DNA from: Spironucleus salmonicida
Lineage: Eukaryota
Direction of reading: 5' to 3'
Assembly (NCBI RefSeq): GCF_000497125.1
Contig: NC_090599.1
Span: 1,054,001 to 1,118,000 of the forward strand
DNA length: 64,000 bases
How positions within the stretch are numbered: the first letter of the stretch is position 1; every line of letters starts with the position of its first letter. The notes under the pieces were generated by a model, which was given only the letters and a program-made list of their open reading frames with translations, made no database searches and was not told the origin of the DNA. The position numbers were made by a program, and so were the translations under genes. Of the stretch, positions 1 to 13,982 are shown piece after piece.

Positions 1-207
1 GGCGATGTTATGCTGCAGGATGGACCGGGTGGCCTTCCCCTTCGGACCAGAGACCGCGGCAACCTTGGCCTTGAGGGCCCTCGCCACGATTTCCTGCACC
101 TCGACCTGGCGCAGGTCGTTCGTACAATGCTGGACACTCTCCCCAGCGCGCAGCAGGTGCTCGTGCACGGCCTGCTGGATGGCTGCCTGTGAGGCCTGGA
201 TTGACAT
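1..207 (-). CDS. 5' part of ~100-aa hypothetical protein (runs off window start); inverted copy of 16298-16600
   Basis: ATG at 207 (minus) preceded by CCACTCCTAA; MSIQASQAAIQQAVHEHLLR... nearly identical to 16298-16600. Confidence 0.7.
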   Translation of the reverse strand, partial: MSIQASQAAIQQAVHEHLLRAGESVQHCTNDLRQVEVQEIVARALKAKVAAVSGPKGKATRSILQHNIA

Positions 208-510
208 TTAGGAGTGGTAGGCTGGAAAGGGCAGGACGGGACCATGCCGGCAATAAGAATTGCCGCCGAATAGCACTCCTGGCGCCTCTACTGCAGATAA
301 ACTATTACACGGAGGGCGGAGAACCAATTCCACGGGTCCCGCTCCGCCTGTCCCCCCGCTCCGCAAGAACCCCCTTCAGTTCGGCCCAAAATTGGTTGTA
401 TCACCTCTTGCACGCTCCTTACACCGCTCCTTCCTGCAGAAATTTCGCCCGCCAAACCGAACGAGCAGGCGCCGCAGAAGCGGCTCTAACCGCCTTCAAG
501 CTCGCACAAA
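1..510. repeat. Inverted repeat IR0 left arm (partner ~15995-16504; continues beyond window)
   Basis: Reverse-complement identity with a few substitutions; paired coordinates sum to 16505. Confidence 0.9.
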
Positions 511-916
511 TCTAAGACGCACATAGGTTAGATTTGATACAAACTTCAACATTGTGAGAGCCTTTTGAGTGCCTCGAATCTAGCGGATAAATTTGGCAGT
601 TCGTTGATTGGAACTGCTGCCTTATATCATTAAATTCTGGAGTTCGAGGAATAAACGGCAGGAAACGGAGCGCACGGGCTAGAATTTCACGAATTTGGTG
701 TGAAATAAGTGCGATAACAAGAAAATATGTGTTTGCCAGAGCAGTTCATTCAGGGTTGCGAAAACTTGGCAAAACAATGCAGGACCAAATAATAGTCCAA
801 AAGTTGATATAGACAATAAAAGATATATAATAATACGGTTATAATTATATCCAATTTTTTACATATTTCTCTTTAAATTTATATAATAATAATATTAATC
901 ATCTACCTTTCATTAA

Positions 917-1615
917 ATGGACTTACCGCTTTAGGCCACAATTGAAAAACTCAGGGATACGGTTGCGTTAATGCCGCCAATACCAGCTCATTTTCTTGAT
1001 TAAAATTTACCTCTGACAGATTTTAAGCTTATTTCTGATCAGTGCGTAGTCTTTACATTTAAAAATTTCTAAATTGCATATCTTGAAGAAATGAAATAAT
1101 TTTACTTCAATAGAATAGGAGATGCTTTTGTAACAGTATTCAAGGATTTTTATGATGATGAAAAGCTCAAAAAACTAGTCGAAATTTCAAGGTAAAAATT
1201 CAACTTCTTTTTCGAAACGGAATTCAAAGCTATGACAGTTGGAATCAATAGTCAAAAGGACTATAAGGATCTGGAGCTCATGAAGTCATCTTAACATGCT
1301 AAAATACCCATGTTTCTCGAAAGTGAAGTTCTGATCACCAAAAATAACGTTGCAAAATAGTTCCAGTAAGTTGTCACAGTTACGTGTGAGAATTCTGAAG
1401 GGTTGTGCCAAGTTACGTTCGTCTAGCAAACTAAGAAATGCAATGCGATTCCGCTAAAATGCATCCCAGACGGTACGTATGTTGCGGTCTTGTACGGCCC
1501 GCAGGACCTCGGTAGCGTCTCGGAATCAGGTGAGGGCCTTGGAATCATTTTCTGTGAGGATGGCCTGGCAGGCTTCATTTTCGGCGAAAGCTCGGCGTTT
1601 AAAGTGATCCAATGA
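917..1615 (+). CDS. Hypothetical protein, 232 aa (code 6)
   Basis: ATG..TGA open when TAA/TAG=Gln: MDLPLQATIEKLRDTVALMPP...GFIFGESSAFKVIQ. Confidence 0.7.
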
Positions 1616-1619
1616 GTCA

Positions 1620-2099
1620 TCATTCGTCGCTGTGGCTAAAGCTGCGGCTGTGGAGTCCACTGAGCTCCCCAGCTAGCATCTATTTTTCGTGTATTTCACC
1701 CATAAGATGCTGTATTTCGGTCTGGTATGCTCCCTTCTTCTCATCGAGTGTCTGTTGCTTCCTGATGATCAACTCCTCGATCTTGGCAATTTGGCTTGCC
1801 TCGCGCTACTTCTGATCGGATAGTAGGAACTGGGCCTCGGAGATCTCCTGGATCAGCTTCTACTCGATCATCTGGGTGTCCTCTTGGTTATAGATCGAAA
1901 GTGAGAGGTCAGTCAGCTTCTTCTTTAGGAACGAAATTTCCGTTTTTGCAGTCTCATGAATTCTGTCGATTTCAGCCTGAATTTGAGACAGTTTCAATGT
2001 TTTTTGGGCCAACTACTATGTATGGGTATTGAGTGAGTCCTAGTACTGCGAGTATATAGTGTTCAGTTACGCTGCCAGCTCTGGGTAAAACTTGGACAT
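1620..2099 (-). CDS. Coiled-coil hypothetical protein, 159 aa
   Basis: MSKFYPELAAQLNTIYSQYQ...HSDE*; Q/E/K-rich heptads; convergent with 917-1615. Confidence 0.7.
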
Positions 2100-2681
2100 G
2101 ATTTAGGGGAGTGCAAAAAGCATAATAATATTATATATAATATTAAGAAAAACTAAAATTTTGTATAATAATAATTAAGAATAGGAAAGAGTAATTTAAG
2201 ATAAAACTGATAATAAATATTTATATTATTTTATGCATAATGGTTTTTGATGTATACGTTTATGGTATTAATGTAAGATTGTGATTAAATAATAGGCACC
2301 ATGTGTTGTTAAATTATAATAATCATAATCAGTAGATACATCAAAAATATCCGCTCCTAGGAATGAAATATACAAAATTCTTTCAAATTTGAATGTAATA
2401 TACTATTGTCAATAGAGTTCATATAATAAACTTCCAAATATTTTAGGGACTTTAATGCAAATTATTATATTTTAATTATAGAAAAACCAACCTACGTATC
2501 CTGTAAATCAATGATCCGAGCAATCAAGGTTTAGATATTCAGTCTATCTAGTTATAAGCCTATCAAATTCTCAAGTTATAGAAAGTTAAACCGCGTCTTG
2601 ACCTGTGCCGCAATTCTCTAATTGGGGAACTGCATATTATATATTATTCTGGACCGCAGGTATCATTCCGCAAAATTAGCA

Positions 2682-3455
2682 ATGTCGAAAGCAAAGAAGC
2701 CAGAGCAGACCCTGAAGGAGCGCGTGGGCAGCCTGTACCTAGCGTACCGCGCCAGTAGCCTCCCCACCTAGCTGAAGGACCTGCAGGACCACTTTGCGCT
2801 GGACTCGGAGACGAACTCCGCGCACCAGGCCCAGCTCGACTTCCACAACCTCACGCTATCGCGGGCCAAGGCGCTGGACCTGCCCTATCCGGTGTTCTTC
2901 ATCGTGCACCGGCTCGTGCTGATCTATTTCGCGACGCCGATCCCCACCGAGGACCTCCGCGCCCTCACGCTCACGGTGTTCAGCCTACTCACGCGCCAGC
3001 ACGACGCGGAGTACCCGGTGTTCGACGACTTCGAGGAGGCCGACGACCAGCACGCGCGGGTCTCGGCCAAGGAGGCGACGCTGGCCCCGGAAATTTTCAG
3101 CTCGGTCTCGCTGGTAGGAAAGCAGAGCGACGACCCCAAGAAGCCGCTGCGGCGGACGCTGGTCAGACTTGGCGACGCGCAGGCGAGCCAGTGCCTGCAG
3201 CTGTGTGGCCAGATGCTCGCCCAGCGCGCGCTGTTCCGGGCCAGCCTGGGCGCCAACCAGACGCGGATCTGCGGGGTGCAGACAGTGCGGGCGCCGTGCG
3301 TGCCCTTCTGCAAGGACCTGTCGCCCCTGTCCCAGGGGTTCAAGTGGAGGGCGGTGGACAGGCTGGAGCTGGTCGTGCGGGAGGCGGTCAAGGAGAAGGC
3401 GGCGAGGATGTGGGAGGAGCTGCAGGAAGCGGCCCGGCCGGCCAGCGTGAAGTGA
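2682..3455 (+). CDS. Putative flagellar central-pair C1a-32/CABCOCO1-like protein, 257 aa
   Basis: One in-frame TAG read as Gln; LDFHNLTL..AK, PLSQG and a C-terminal coiled coil resemble the C1a-32 family by eye only; ends AAGTGA. Confidence 0.5.
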
Positions 3456-3634
3456 GTCGGGTATCCCATTTTATCCATCCTTTGCTTTAGCGTATGCCAC
3501 GCCGCAGCGCTAGTTAGTAGCGCGTGCGCCGTCTGCGAAAACGCGCATACTTAGTATTAAATAGCATATACTGTAGAATTCGTAGAATTTTCGTCTATGG
3601 GCTGGGGTATATAATAATTAGTGCTGCATCAGAA

Positions 3635-5215
3635 ATGCTCGTGCTCCTGGCTGATGCCGTGCACTGCTTTCAGGACAACGCGGTCCTCCAGGGCAACTCG
3701 CAGTCCAAGGTGCTGACCCTGGTGCTCACCCCCGCCCCCGAAAACGACCCGCTGTGCGTGGCATCCAACAACCGCGAGTCCCTGTGCAAGCTGCAGTACC
3801 TCGACGCCGCCGGTGCGGTGCAGACGATCGACCAGTCGTTCATATACATCGACAGCGCCGCCGTCGCCATAAGATTCAACCTATCCTCCGCAGCAGCGAA
3901 ATACACCCTCATCTCGGCGCAGTCCCTCCTCTCCTACATCGCGCTCATCGTGGGCTCGCTGGAGTCCCCCGGGGCCGTCCAGACCATCCAGCACACGCAG
4001 ATGAACGCGACCAACTGCTGGGACGACCTGGTGCTCCGCTACAACCGGTCGGCGGGCCACGAGTTCCTCCAGATGGACGGCACGCCGCTCGACTGCCAGA
4101 TCACGGCACCCGTGGTCAAATTCGAGTACTTCGCCGAGGAGCGGTGGAGATCCTTCGGGGTCCAGGGCGTAAGCGGGGAGGCTGGCTACTACGACGCCAC
4201 CAAGACGTTCAACCACTCCGAGACGCTCCACTACAAGCAAACGCTGGCGGGACTGACGGATGCCGCCGCGATCGAGGTGTTCAAGTACTTCTTCGTGGCG
4301 TTTCAGAACAACCGGTCCATCGAGACGCGCATCCACATCGTGACCACCATTGGCTCCCTGGACCAGATCATCCTCGCGGCGCCGCTGCTCGTGCTCTCGA
4401 TGGGCAGTCCGTGCTACTCCGCCCTCTAGCCCCTGGGATACGCCTCTGTCCTCCAGGTCACCGCCTTCAGCCACAACGTCGAGTTCCTCGACCACACCGC
4501 GTGCAGCTCCAAGACGACCAGCTTCGGGAACCAGATGCGGATCATCACGGACACTTTCAACTTTTCGTCGAGCCGGGAAATCAACAGCCTGCCGCACTTT
4601 CGGAAACGTTCGGGGTTTAGCATCACCTTCGACGCGCCCATCGCCAACTACTCGCAGCTGACGTCCGGGGTCATGATAAGCTACCTAACGTACTATGACG
4701 AGAATGACGTCATTCTGGACGAGGAGTCCGTGCTCCTCGCCCTGGCCCTGAGTTGCTTCCAGAACATCCAGGCCTTCTTCCAGCGGGACCGGCTCTGCGT
4801 GCAGGTCCAAACCTTCCCCACGGCGCAGTGCATCGCTCGCGGCAGCTCCTAGCTGCAGTACGTGCTCGGAATACAGCCCGGCACCTTCCTGACGCGCCAG
4901 GTCGTCTTCGTCTTCAGCATAAACTACGTGTACAACGGCTCGTTGCAGTGCACCTCGACGTACGGTACCAACGACTATGCCGAGAACTTGGCGGGCACGG
5001 TCGCAGTTAAGACGGCCCTGTACTAGAAAATGGTAGCAAACCACACCACTTTATACAACTTTTTGCAGTCGACCCACGAGTATATTCGGCCTACCGTTCT
5101 GCTCCTTTCGGATATGTCCCCAATTTACACCTACTTCGGGATTATTATCTCTGGCGTTCTGCTCCTCACCGCGGTCGGCGTAGGCGTACTTGTCCATATG
5201 CAGCGCAGAGGCTGA
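3635..5215 (+). CDS. Single-pass transmembrane protein, 526 aa
   Basis: Standard-code ORFs 3524, 4535 and 5030 are one frame joined through TAG; hydrophobic N-terminus MLVLLADAVHC and C-terminal TM YFGIIISGVLLLTAVGVGVLV. Confidence 0.85.
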
Positions 5216-7254
5216 GCTTATTTTTATTATTTTACAAAATAAATAATATTATTATTATACATAATATATACGATTTCCTTCTAAACTAATTTCTCACGTA
5301 CACTCTGCCACTAGCTGCCCTTAACAAGCTAATTCCGCACCGCTACCTGTGCAAAAAGAAGCGGAAAACTGCAAAATTTGCCTCCAAACCGCACGTGTTG
5401 CCCCGCGAATGCTCAGCAGGCGGCCGGGACCTCAAACTAGCGCTTCACACTACCTTTGCAGCTTAGGATCAAAGTCAGCTTTTCGTATTCTTATTGGCCG
5501 TGGGAGCCCGGAATGCGCAAAATTCGTCCCAAACTGATATAACGATGGAGCGAAAACTTTGAAAATTTCATATGCAATATGGCCTCTACAAGCTCTCAAG
5601 AAAAAGTTAAGCGCCGCAATTAAAGGATTCGAGTAGTTTGGAACACTGCAAATGTAAGAATTTATCGTGACTCTAACCGGAAAAATACCACTAGAAATGC
5701 TAAACCTAGGAAGTGATATAATGTATGAATTTCGCGCGAGCCGTTTCTAGATAATTTTCAAAAATAGCTTTCTGCCGAAAAATGGATCCCTCATGCAGGA
5801 GCGTTCCGTTTTTGTATTATGCTCGTGAAAATGCTGTTCTTGCAGCTGCGGCTCGCCTCATAGCAATTTCACGTGCAGTAGGCACCAAAAACGCTCGCAA
5901 AAAGTAAAACTGACTGATTACAGACACATAAATACTGCATTCAGGGAACGAATAGATCGAAAATGATATAATAAGATTGAGGAATCGTGAAATTTTTGTA
6001 TAATTTAATTGGTAATGAGTCAGCTACAATAAATATACGGTACCTCCAAATAGGAAAAAGATAAATTGCTTCATTTCCTTTAACTATTTTGGCATAATGA
6101 TGTGTTTATGGTGGTTGATGTACTGGTTTAATTTACTTGAACATAAATTCTAAGATCTAATTAACCTGCCTTTAGCAGTTAAGTATTGTTTGCTCGGGCC
6201 TGGAACTCCGATTAAGTTATAATTACTAGATAAACATAAATAACATTATAAGGATGTGTGCACTGCTTAAATAGCGTTTTTCCTGTAAATGAAAAATATT
6301 TTTCAAATTTTCTGGTGCGTATAGAGACTCAATTACAAAATTGCAAGTAATTACAAGTATACACACTGGGAATGCTACAAGTTTGTAGTGAAAATATGAA
6401 ATTTTTAGCGTCAAAATCCATAATAATTAATTTATACTTCTATTTTAATTCCTAGAATAACGAAAATATATTTACTGAGGCAACTATAACATGAAAAAAA
6501 TTTAAACACTGCTCCTTTGCACGATAATGCAATTATTTGAAAATCTGTTTTATCAGTTCATTATATAAATATTTTTCGGTTATTATCAAATATCGATTTT
6601 GATATTTCATTAATTATTAGATAGTAATATGCATTTTTTAATAGATAGCAAGAACTCGGTATATGATTATTAAGCGTTATATCACTATAAAATTAAACTA
6701 CTAATACAAAGTTCCTGATACCGAAATCGATTTCTCACCAACCAGAGGAAACAAAGTTTTGAACCGTGCGGGAACTTACTAATTTGGATGCAGAAAGGTA
6801 TAATATTTACAATGTGATTCAAACTTTAACTTAATAAACTATAAGCTTAGCACATTTACTTCACCATCTACTATTAACTATTTTCTTAGTTCATGTAGAG
6901 ATGAAATACAAATGAATAACATAATAATTCCTTATAATTTAACATTAAAATAAGATTTTTGTCATATCAAGAATACTAGTATCACGTTATTCTAGCCTAA
7001 AATCAAGTGTTAGGTTATATTAAATGATTTAATTCGAAATTTTTAAATAGGATGGAAAATTTAGTAAAAATTCGAGGCAGCCGATTACAACTATTTTTTA
7101 ACTATATCAATCAAGTAATTAAACGCAGGATATCTGTAGTAGTTTCATCCATAAGCAGTGGAATCGCGTCTTGACCTGTGCCACAATTCTCTAATTGGGG
7201 AACTGCATATTATATATTATTCTGGACCGCAGGTATCATTCCGCAAAATTAGCA

Positions 7255-8028
7255 ATGTCGAAAGCAAAGAAGCCAGAGCAGACCCTGAAGGAGCGCGTGG
7301 GCAGCCTGTACCTAGCGTACCGCGCCAGTAGCCTCCCCACCTAGCTGAAGGACCTGCAGGACCACTTTGCGCTGGACTCGGAGACGAACTCCGCGCACCA
7401 GGCCCAGCTCGACTTCCACAACCTCACGCTATCGCGGGCCAAGGCGCTGGACCTGCCCTATCCGGTGTTCTTCATCGTGCACCGGCTCGTGCTGATCTAT
7501 TTCGCGACGCCGATCCCCACCGAGGACCTCCGCGCCCTCACGCTCACGGTGTTCAGCCTACTCACGCGCCAGCACGACGCGGAGTACCCGGTGTTCGACG
7601 ACTTCGAGGAGGCCGACGACCAGCACGCGCGGGTCTCGGCCAAGGAGGCGACGCTGGCCCCGGAAATTTTCAGCTCGGTCTCGCTGGTAGGAAAGCAGAG
7701 CGACGACCCCAAGAAGCCGCTGCGGCGGACGCTGGTCAGACTTGGCGACGCGCAGGCGAGCCAGTGCCTGCAGCTGTGTGGCCAGATGCTCGCCCAGCGC
7801 GCGCTGTTCCGGGCCAGCCTGGGCGCCAACCAGACGCGGATCTGCGGGGTGCAGACAGTGCGGGCGCCGTGCGTGCCCTTCTGCAAGGACCTGTCGCCCC
7901 TGTCCCAGGGGTTCAAGTGGAGGGCGGTGGACAGGCTGGAGCTGGTCGTGCGGGAGGCGGTCAAGGAGAAGGCGGCGAGGATGTGGGAGGAGCTGCAGGA
8001 AGCGGCCCGGCCGGCCAGCGTGAAGTGA
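7255..8028 (+). CDS. Second copy of C1a-32-like protein
   Basis: Matches 2682-3455. Confidence 0.5.
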
Positions 8029-8207
8029 GTCGGGTATCCCATTTTATCCATCCTTTGCTTTAGCGTATGCCACGCCGCAGCGCTAGTTAGTAGCGCGTGC
8101 GCCGTCTGCGAAAACGCGCATACTTAGTATTAAATAGCATATACTGTAGAATTCGTAGAATTTTCGTCTATGGGCTGGGGTATATAATAATTAGTGCTGC
8201 ATCAGAA

Positions 8208-9788
8208 ATGCTCGTGCTCCTGGCTGATGCCGTGCACTGCTTTCAGGACAACGCGGTCCTCCAGGGCAACTCGCAGTCCAAGGTGCTGACCCTGGTGCTC
8301 ACCCCCGCCCCCGAAAACGACCCGCTGTGCGTGGCATCCAACAACCGCGAGTCCCTGTGCAAGCTGCAGTACCTCGACGCCGCCGGTGCGGTGCAGACGA
8401 TCGACCAGTCGTTCATATACATCGACAGCGCCGCCGTCGCCATAAGATTCAACCTATCCTCCGCAGCAGCGAAATACACCCTCATCTCGGCGCAGTCCCT
8501 CCTCTCCTACATCGCGCTCATCGTGGGCTCGCTGGAGTCCCCCGGGGCCGTCCAGACCATCCAGCACACGCAGATGAACGCGACCAACTGCTGGGACGAC
8601 CTGGTGCTCCGCTACAACCGGTCGGCGGGCCACGAGTTCCTCCAGATGGACGGCACGCCGCTCGACTGCCAGATCACGGCACCCGTGGTCAAATTCGAGT
8701 ACTTCGCCGAGGAGCGGTGGAGATCCTTCGGGGTCCAGGGCGTAAGCGGGGAGGCTGGCTACTACGACGCCACCAAGACGTTCAACCACTCCGAGACGCT
8801 CCACTACAAGCAAACGCTGGCGGGACTGACGGATGCCGCCGCGATCGAGGTGTTCAAGTACTTCTTCGTGGCGTTTCAGAACAACCGGTCCATCGAGACG
8901 CGCATCCACATCGTGACCACCATTGGCTCCCTGGACCAGATCATCCTCGCGGCGCCGCTGCTCGTGCTCTCGATGGGCAGTCCGTGCTACTCCGCCCTCT
9001 AGCCCCTGGGATACGCCTCTGTCCTCCAGGTCACCGCCTTCAGCCACAACGTCGAGTTCCTCGACCACACCGCGTGCAGCTCCAAGACGACCAGCTTCGG
9101 GAACCAGATGCGGATCATCACGGACACTTTCAACTTTTCGTCGAGCCGGGAAATCAACAGCCTGCCGCACTTTCGGAAACGTTCGGGGTTTAGCATCACC
9201 TTCGACGCGCCCATCGCCAACTACTCGCAGCTGACGTCCGGGGTCATGATAAGCTACCTAACGTACTATGACGAGAATGACGTCATTCTGGACGAGGAGT
9301 CCGTGCTCCTCGCCCTGGCCCTGAGTTGCTTCCAGAACATCCAGGCCTTCTTCCAGCGGGACCGGCTCTGCGTGCAGGTCCAAACCTTCCCCACGGCGCA
9401 GTGCATCGCTCGCGGCAGCTCCTAGCTGCAGTACGTGCTCGGAATACAGCCCGGCACCTTCCTGACGCGCCAGGTCGTCTTCGTCTTCAGCATAAACTAC
9501 GTGTACAACGGCTCGTTGCAGTGCACCTCGACGTACGGTACCAACGACTATGCCGAGAACTTGGCGGGCACGGTCGCAGTTAAGACGGCCCTGTACTAGA
9601 AAATGGTAGCAAACCACACCACTTTATACAACTTTTTGCAGTCGACCCACGAGTATATTCGGCCTACCGTTCTGCTCCTTTCGGATATGTCCCCAATTTA
9701 CACCTACTTCGGGATTATTATCTCTGGCGTTCTGCTCCTCACCGCGGTCGGCGTAGGCGTACTTGTCCATATGCAGCGCAGAGGCTGA
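8208..9788 (+). CDS. Second copy of transmembrane protein
   Basis: Matches 3635-5215. Confidence 0.85.
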
Positions 9789-9823
9789 GCTTATTTTATT
9801 TCTTTAATTAATTTAATTTCACC

Positions 9824-10972
9824 TCACTCAACAACTCTGAACCAAAAATCTGAATGAATCTCGGCCTCCTCCTCAATATCTGTAATGAAAACAGCATTAT
9901 CAACGATATCTACGCCGAATTTAGCTCTAACGCTGTCAGGTTTCAAAACTCTGGCAATTTCTGGGTCAAATGGACCACAAATTTCTCTCATTTCTTTGAC
10001 AGCATTCGGACCTTCAAACTCAATTGCAATGCAAATTCCATCATCCATTCTGTCGCAATATTCTTTATAACAAGGAATTACACCATTATAGGAAATCATT
10101 AGCTCTTAAATATCTGCAGCAGTAGGAATTGCAGCATGAATACCAGAAACTGAAAGTTTTGTACGATCAAGAATGAAATCAATGATTTCTGCTGATTTTT
10201 ATGGAGTGAGAATAACAACTACAGTCTTTTCAGCTACTTAAGGGGCAGAGATTGGTCGTAGTTAAAATAGGTAGTTTATTGCTTACAAAGCTTAAGCTTC
10301 AGTATCAAACGAAACAAAAGCATTAGAAATTTAATCAATGCCATATTTTTTACGTAACTGGTTTTATGCGCATTGTGCCGGATCTCTTGGACCGATAATA
10401 TTTTTAAACTTCTCAATACAGCCAAATCCACGAATCTCAAAGAAAATTGCATTACCAACAAGAGAATCTACTAATTATGTAAAATATGATTGATTTTAAT
10501 GTTATGAATATACAAATTCGGCGTGTTTTCTTTCTAGATAACTTAATTGAATACGCTCAAAAGAAAGTTAATTTACCCTCAAAGCATCAACAACGTCCGA
10601 AAGTACTTTTAGATTTTTAACAGCGTGTGGCTTTATGATAGCGAAACATTTTTCATTATCTGCAGAAAGTTTATTAGAAGTGAAAATATTTGCATATTAG
10701 ATGATGTTATGTTGTCTACCATGGATTGTAACTGCATTTCCAGGAGCAAATCTAGTTAAATCTAGCTCTGGATAAGGAGATCTCTTAAGAAAAACTCTTT
10801 TATTTGTTACATCCATAATTTCGATTTCCTATGTTTCAACGAAGATTCTAATAATATAAGGACGATCTTTATCAGCCAACTTATCATACCACGATGAATT
10901 AAAGCACAATGGCGTGGCATCTTATGCAGTTGAATGACGAGGATCAATTTTCACTGTTTAGGTAAAAGACAT
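9824..10972 (-). CDS. NME7: NME7-like protein (DM10 + two NDP-kinase domains), 382 aa
   Basis: DM10-like WYD...IEIMD..NKRVFLKR; NDPK motifs CFAIIKPHA, IIGPRDP, ICGPFDPEIARVLKPDSVRAKFG. Confidence 0.85.
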
Positions 10973-11070
10973 TTTGCGGATTCTGGAGTGGCTTCTAAAT
11001 ACTTCACTTATTTTGTATAATAAGTTTAGCTTACCTGATTTTGAAAATTATAATTAATAAAATAAAAATT

Positions 11071-11142
11071 CTCCCAAACCGGGAATCGAACCCGGATCTC
11101 CTGGGTGAAAACCAGAAATGCTAACCGTTATACCATTTGGGA
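11071..11142 (-). tRNA. tRNA-Glu(TTC)
   Basis: Cloverleaf TCCCAAA..TTTGGGA, anticodon loop TTTTCAC, GGTTCGATTCC, downstream T-run. Confidence 0.95.
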
Positions 11143-11717
11143 ATATTGATAATATATTAATAATCATCTATACTACTAATACAAAAAAATAATTAACATA
11201 ATAGAATTTATCTTCCTAGTTGCCTAGATCATGCAATATCATACCACTCAAAGTTTTATGTTTTTTTATATATAATTAATTTTGTTATTATATATAAGAA
11301 ATTTTAAGATACTTCATTCTGTAGATCAATATTATTTCTTATTTCTATTTAGCATTAAACTAGTTTGTAAAAAGCAGCTATTAATGTATATAAGATATAG
11401 TTTATTTAATCTTAAGAACATTATAAAGTATAAATAGAATTTTAAATAATTTTTATTCATGAGAAAGTTAGTTTACAAATAGTATATGAAATAATAGCAC
11501 AAACAAGGCATATTTCTGACAAATATATGCATATTTTTATTCTTTTTTTGGGTTAACGATAATGCTATTTCCATGATTTAAATATCATACAAAATTAAAT
11601 TTTAGTTATAATAATATTAAAAAAATTATTTGCAAATATAAAATATTTTAATATTAATTAACAACTTAATTGTTATTATTATATATTGAAATATATTCAA
11701 TATCTTTTTAATTTTAA

Positions 11718-13982
11718 ATGACAACTTAACATTACAAATCTATCTAAGATCCGTATTTCGTATTTGGTATTTAAACTTTCACAGCTTTAGCATTATCTTA
11801 AAGTAATGAAATTATAGCTTATGCAGATGCAGAATATCACGTAAATTTGGTGGATAGCGAAGGTGAAAAATTGTTCACCTTTTTAGAAGATTTTGATTAT
11901 ATTAGCAACTTGTGCTTTGCATAAAATGATAAATTTATTATTTCAGCTACAAAAAAAGGTTTCTAAATTTTTGAACTTGAAACTAAAAGAGCCCTTTTCT
12001 AAATTGGCCACAAAGATACTGATGCACATGATTCAGCTGTAACAGCTGTATGCACTGTTGGTAATATCCTAGTCACAGGTGGATAAGATACTACTGTTAA
12101 ATAGTGGTATTTTGGGCCATTAGACGATGACCTCCATGAGTTGACATAAACACATGGATCATATACTTAGTAAAAAGGGAAATGGCAATTAACTTTTTCT
12201 TAGACGTTGTAGGGTCATAAATCTCCAATTTATAATATTATTACGGGGGCTGGTTTAGTTGTTTCTCTTGCATAAGATTCTTAGGTTAAAATTTATTCAA
12301 TTGAACAAAAATAGTTAAAATCATATGCGTTAATTAATGAGCATACGTCTGACGTTTTGTCAGCAGCGATTTCACCAAATGGCAAGCTTATTGTGACTGG
12401 ATCTAGAGATAATGGTGTTTGTGTTTCAACTACAAAAGGGGAACTAATCACTAACTTTTATGCACATGATGCTGATGTTATGTTTGTTGCTTTTACGGGA
12501 GATGGACAATTTTTACTAACTGCTGATTACGATGGAGTTTTTAGACTTTACGCAACCCCAGAAATTCCACAAGAAAAGAAATCGTAGGTTAGTAAGTCCT
12601 CTACTTTCGTTGAAGTTACTAAATAAGTCAATGAAATGAGCAATATTTCTATGTTAGCTCAACCAAAAGTTAATGAAGACAAAACTAAAGTTCCAGAAAA
12701 ACTTCTTCAATATACCCTACACGACGAGTCAATGTGCAGAGTTTTGATTGGTTCTTAATTGCCAATTCTTATCACTGCCTAAGTTACTAATTTTCTACGT
12801 ATTTGGGATATTTCTGATCTTGCAGAACCTGCCCTTATTAAGGAAATATTCTCACACACAGATGAAATTACCGATATTAAAGCAGCAGAAACAAATGTTA
12901 TTTTAACCTCTTCAAAAGATGGAAATTTCTCTATTTTGGACTATATCACAGGTGACAAATGCGCAGTTGTTAGTAACGGTGGTAGTGTTAATGCAGTGGA
13001 CTACCATCATAAAGAACAACAAATTTTTGCATCAAACTCTAAATACGAAGTTCTTGGTTATCAAGTGCTCCCAGATTAGCTCCCATAACAGTTTTGTACA
13101 ATGAAAGGCCACAAGGGAAAAGTTACTGAAATTATCGCGGCTGACCATATGCTTATAACATCAGGTGAAGATAGCTATATCATGCTCTGGAATATTCCAG
13201 TTTATGAAGAAGGTGAAATTTACGTTTTGACGCCTTTTGAAAAGCGCCGTTTTGCCCCTGCAAACGTCACTGCAATGTGCTTTTAAAACTCATTTTTGGT
13301 ACTAGCATTTGCTGATCATTCTGTGCGCGTTTTCAATGTTTTAAAACGCAGATTGGTCTAGAAACTCGTGATTGACAAGGCACATGCCGCACAGATTACG
13401 GGTGTACAAATAATCAATAATGCGATTATTTCATGTGCGGTTGATGGTACTATCAAGCAGTTTAAGTTATCGCCTAAAGTTAACAAAAGATACCTGAAAA
13501 ACGACGTTTTGACGTCAATTGTAGGCAGCGAAATTGAGTGCTTTAATCGATTTTTTAAATCAAGTTCTCATATTTGCGAGCTTTAAATGCTTCTTCCAGT
13601 TGAATTTGGGCTTCCTAACTGTATCAGTTGTGAAGATCAAAGTATCGTTATTGGAACAACATTTGGAACTGCGGTATTGGTGAATTTGGAGTTCGAAATA
13701 TAGTATGTAATGGCAACTGAAGGACATGAAACTGCAACTAAAATATTAATGAGGGAAGGCAAGGTGATTGTTGGTTTTAGAAAGGGAATGATCTAGATTT
13801 GGGACTTGGAATGTGAGGAAAATTATTAGAAAAAGGTTGTTGTTTTGGTTGGGCAGCAGCTTGAGGAGGACTTAGAGCAAGGAGAAGAAATTAGTGATTT
13901 GACCGGAGAGGTTGAGAAAGTAGAAGAAGTGAAACCTCATTTCATGGATGGCAGGAAACTAGATTTAAGCGAAAGTGACTGA
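11718..13982 (+). CDS. WD40-repeat protein, ~754 aa
   Basis: Repeated GH/AH..LVTGS.D..WD/WN units; standard-code fragments 12357, 13101 and 13368 share one frame. Confidence 0.85.

Larger units (their letters stand above)
2592..5224. repeat. Direct repeat copy 1 (2.63 kb, two-gene GC-rich cassette)
   Basis: Near-identical to 7165-9797 (offset 4573). Confidence 0.95.
7165..9797. repeat. Direct repeat copy 2
   Basis: Near-identical to 2592-5224. Confidence 0.95.

Noticed and set aside
3754-4620. 288-aa and 238-aa overlapping ORFs
   Set aside because: Off-frame and antisense shadows of the 3635-5215 gene
5513-5716. 67-aa basic ORF ending AAGTGA
   Set aside because: Short, with no motif or recognisable homology; insufficient support
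2592-9797. LTR retrotransposon
   Set aside because: The repeats are protein-coding, and the spacer has no gag/pol
11718-13982. Apparent pseudogenes or introns suggested by many in-frame stops
   Set aside because: All are TAA/TAG, read as Gln; the frames are continuous
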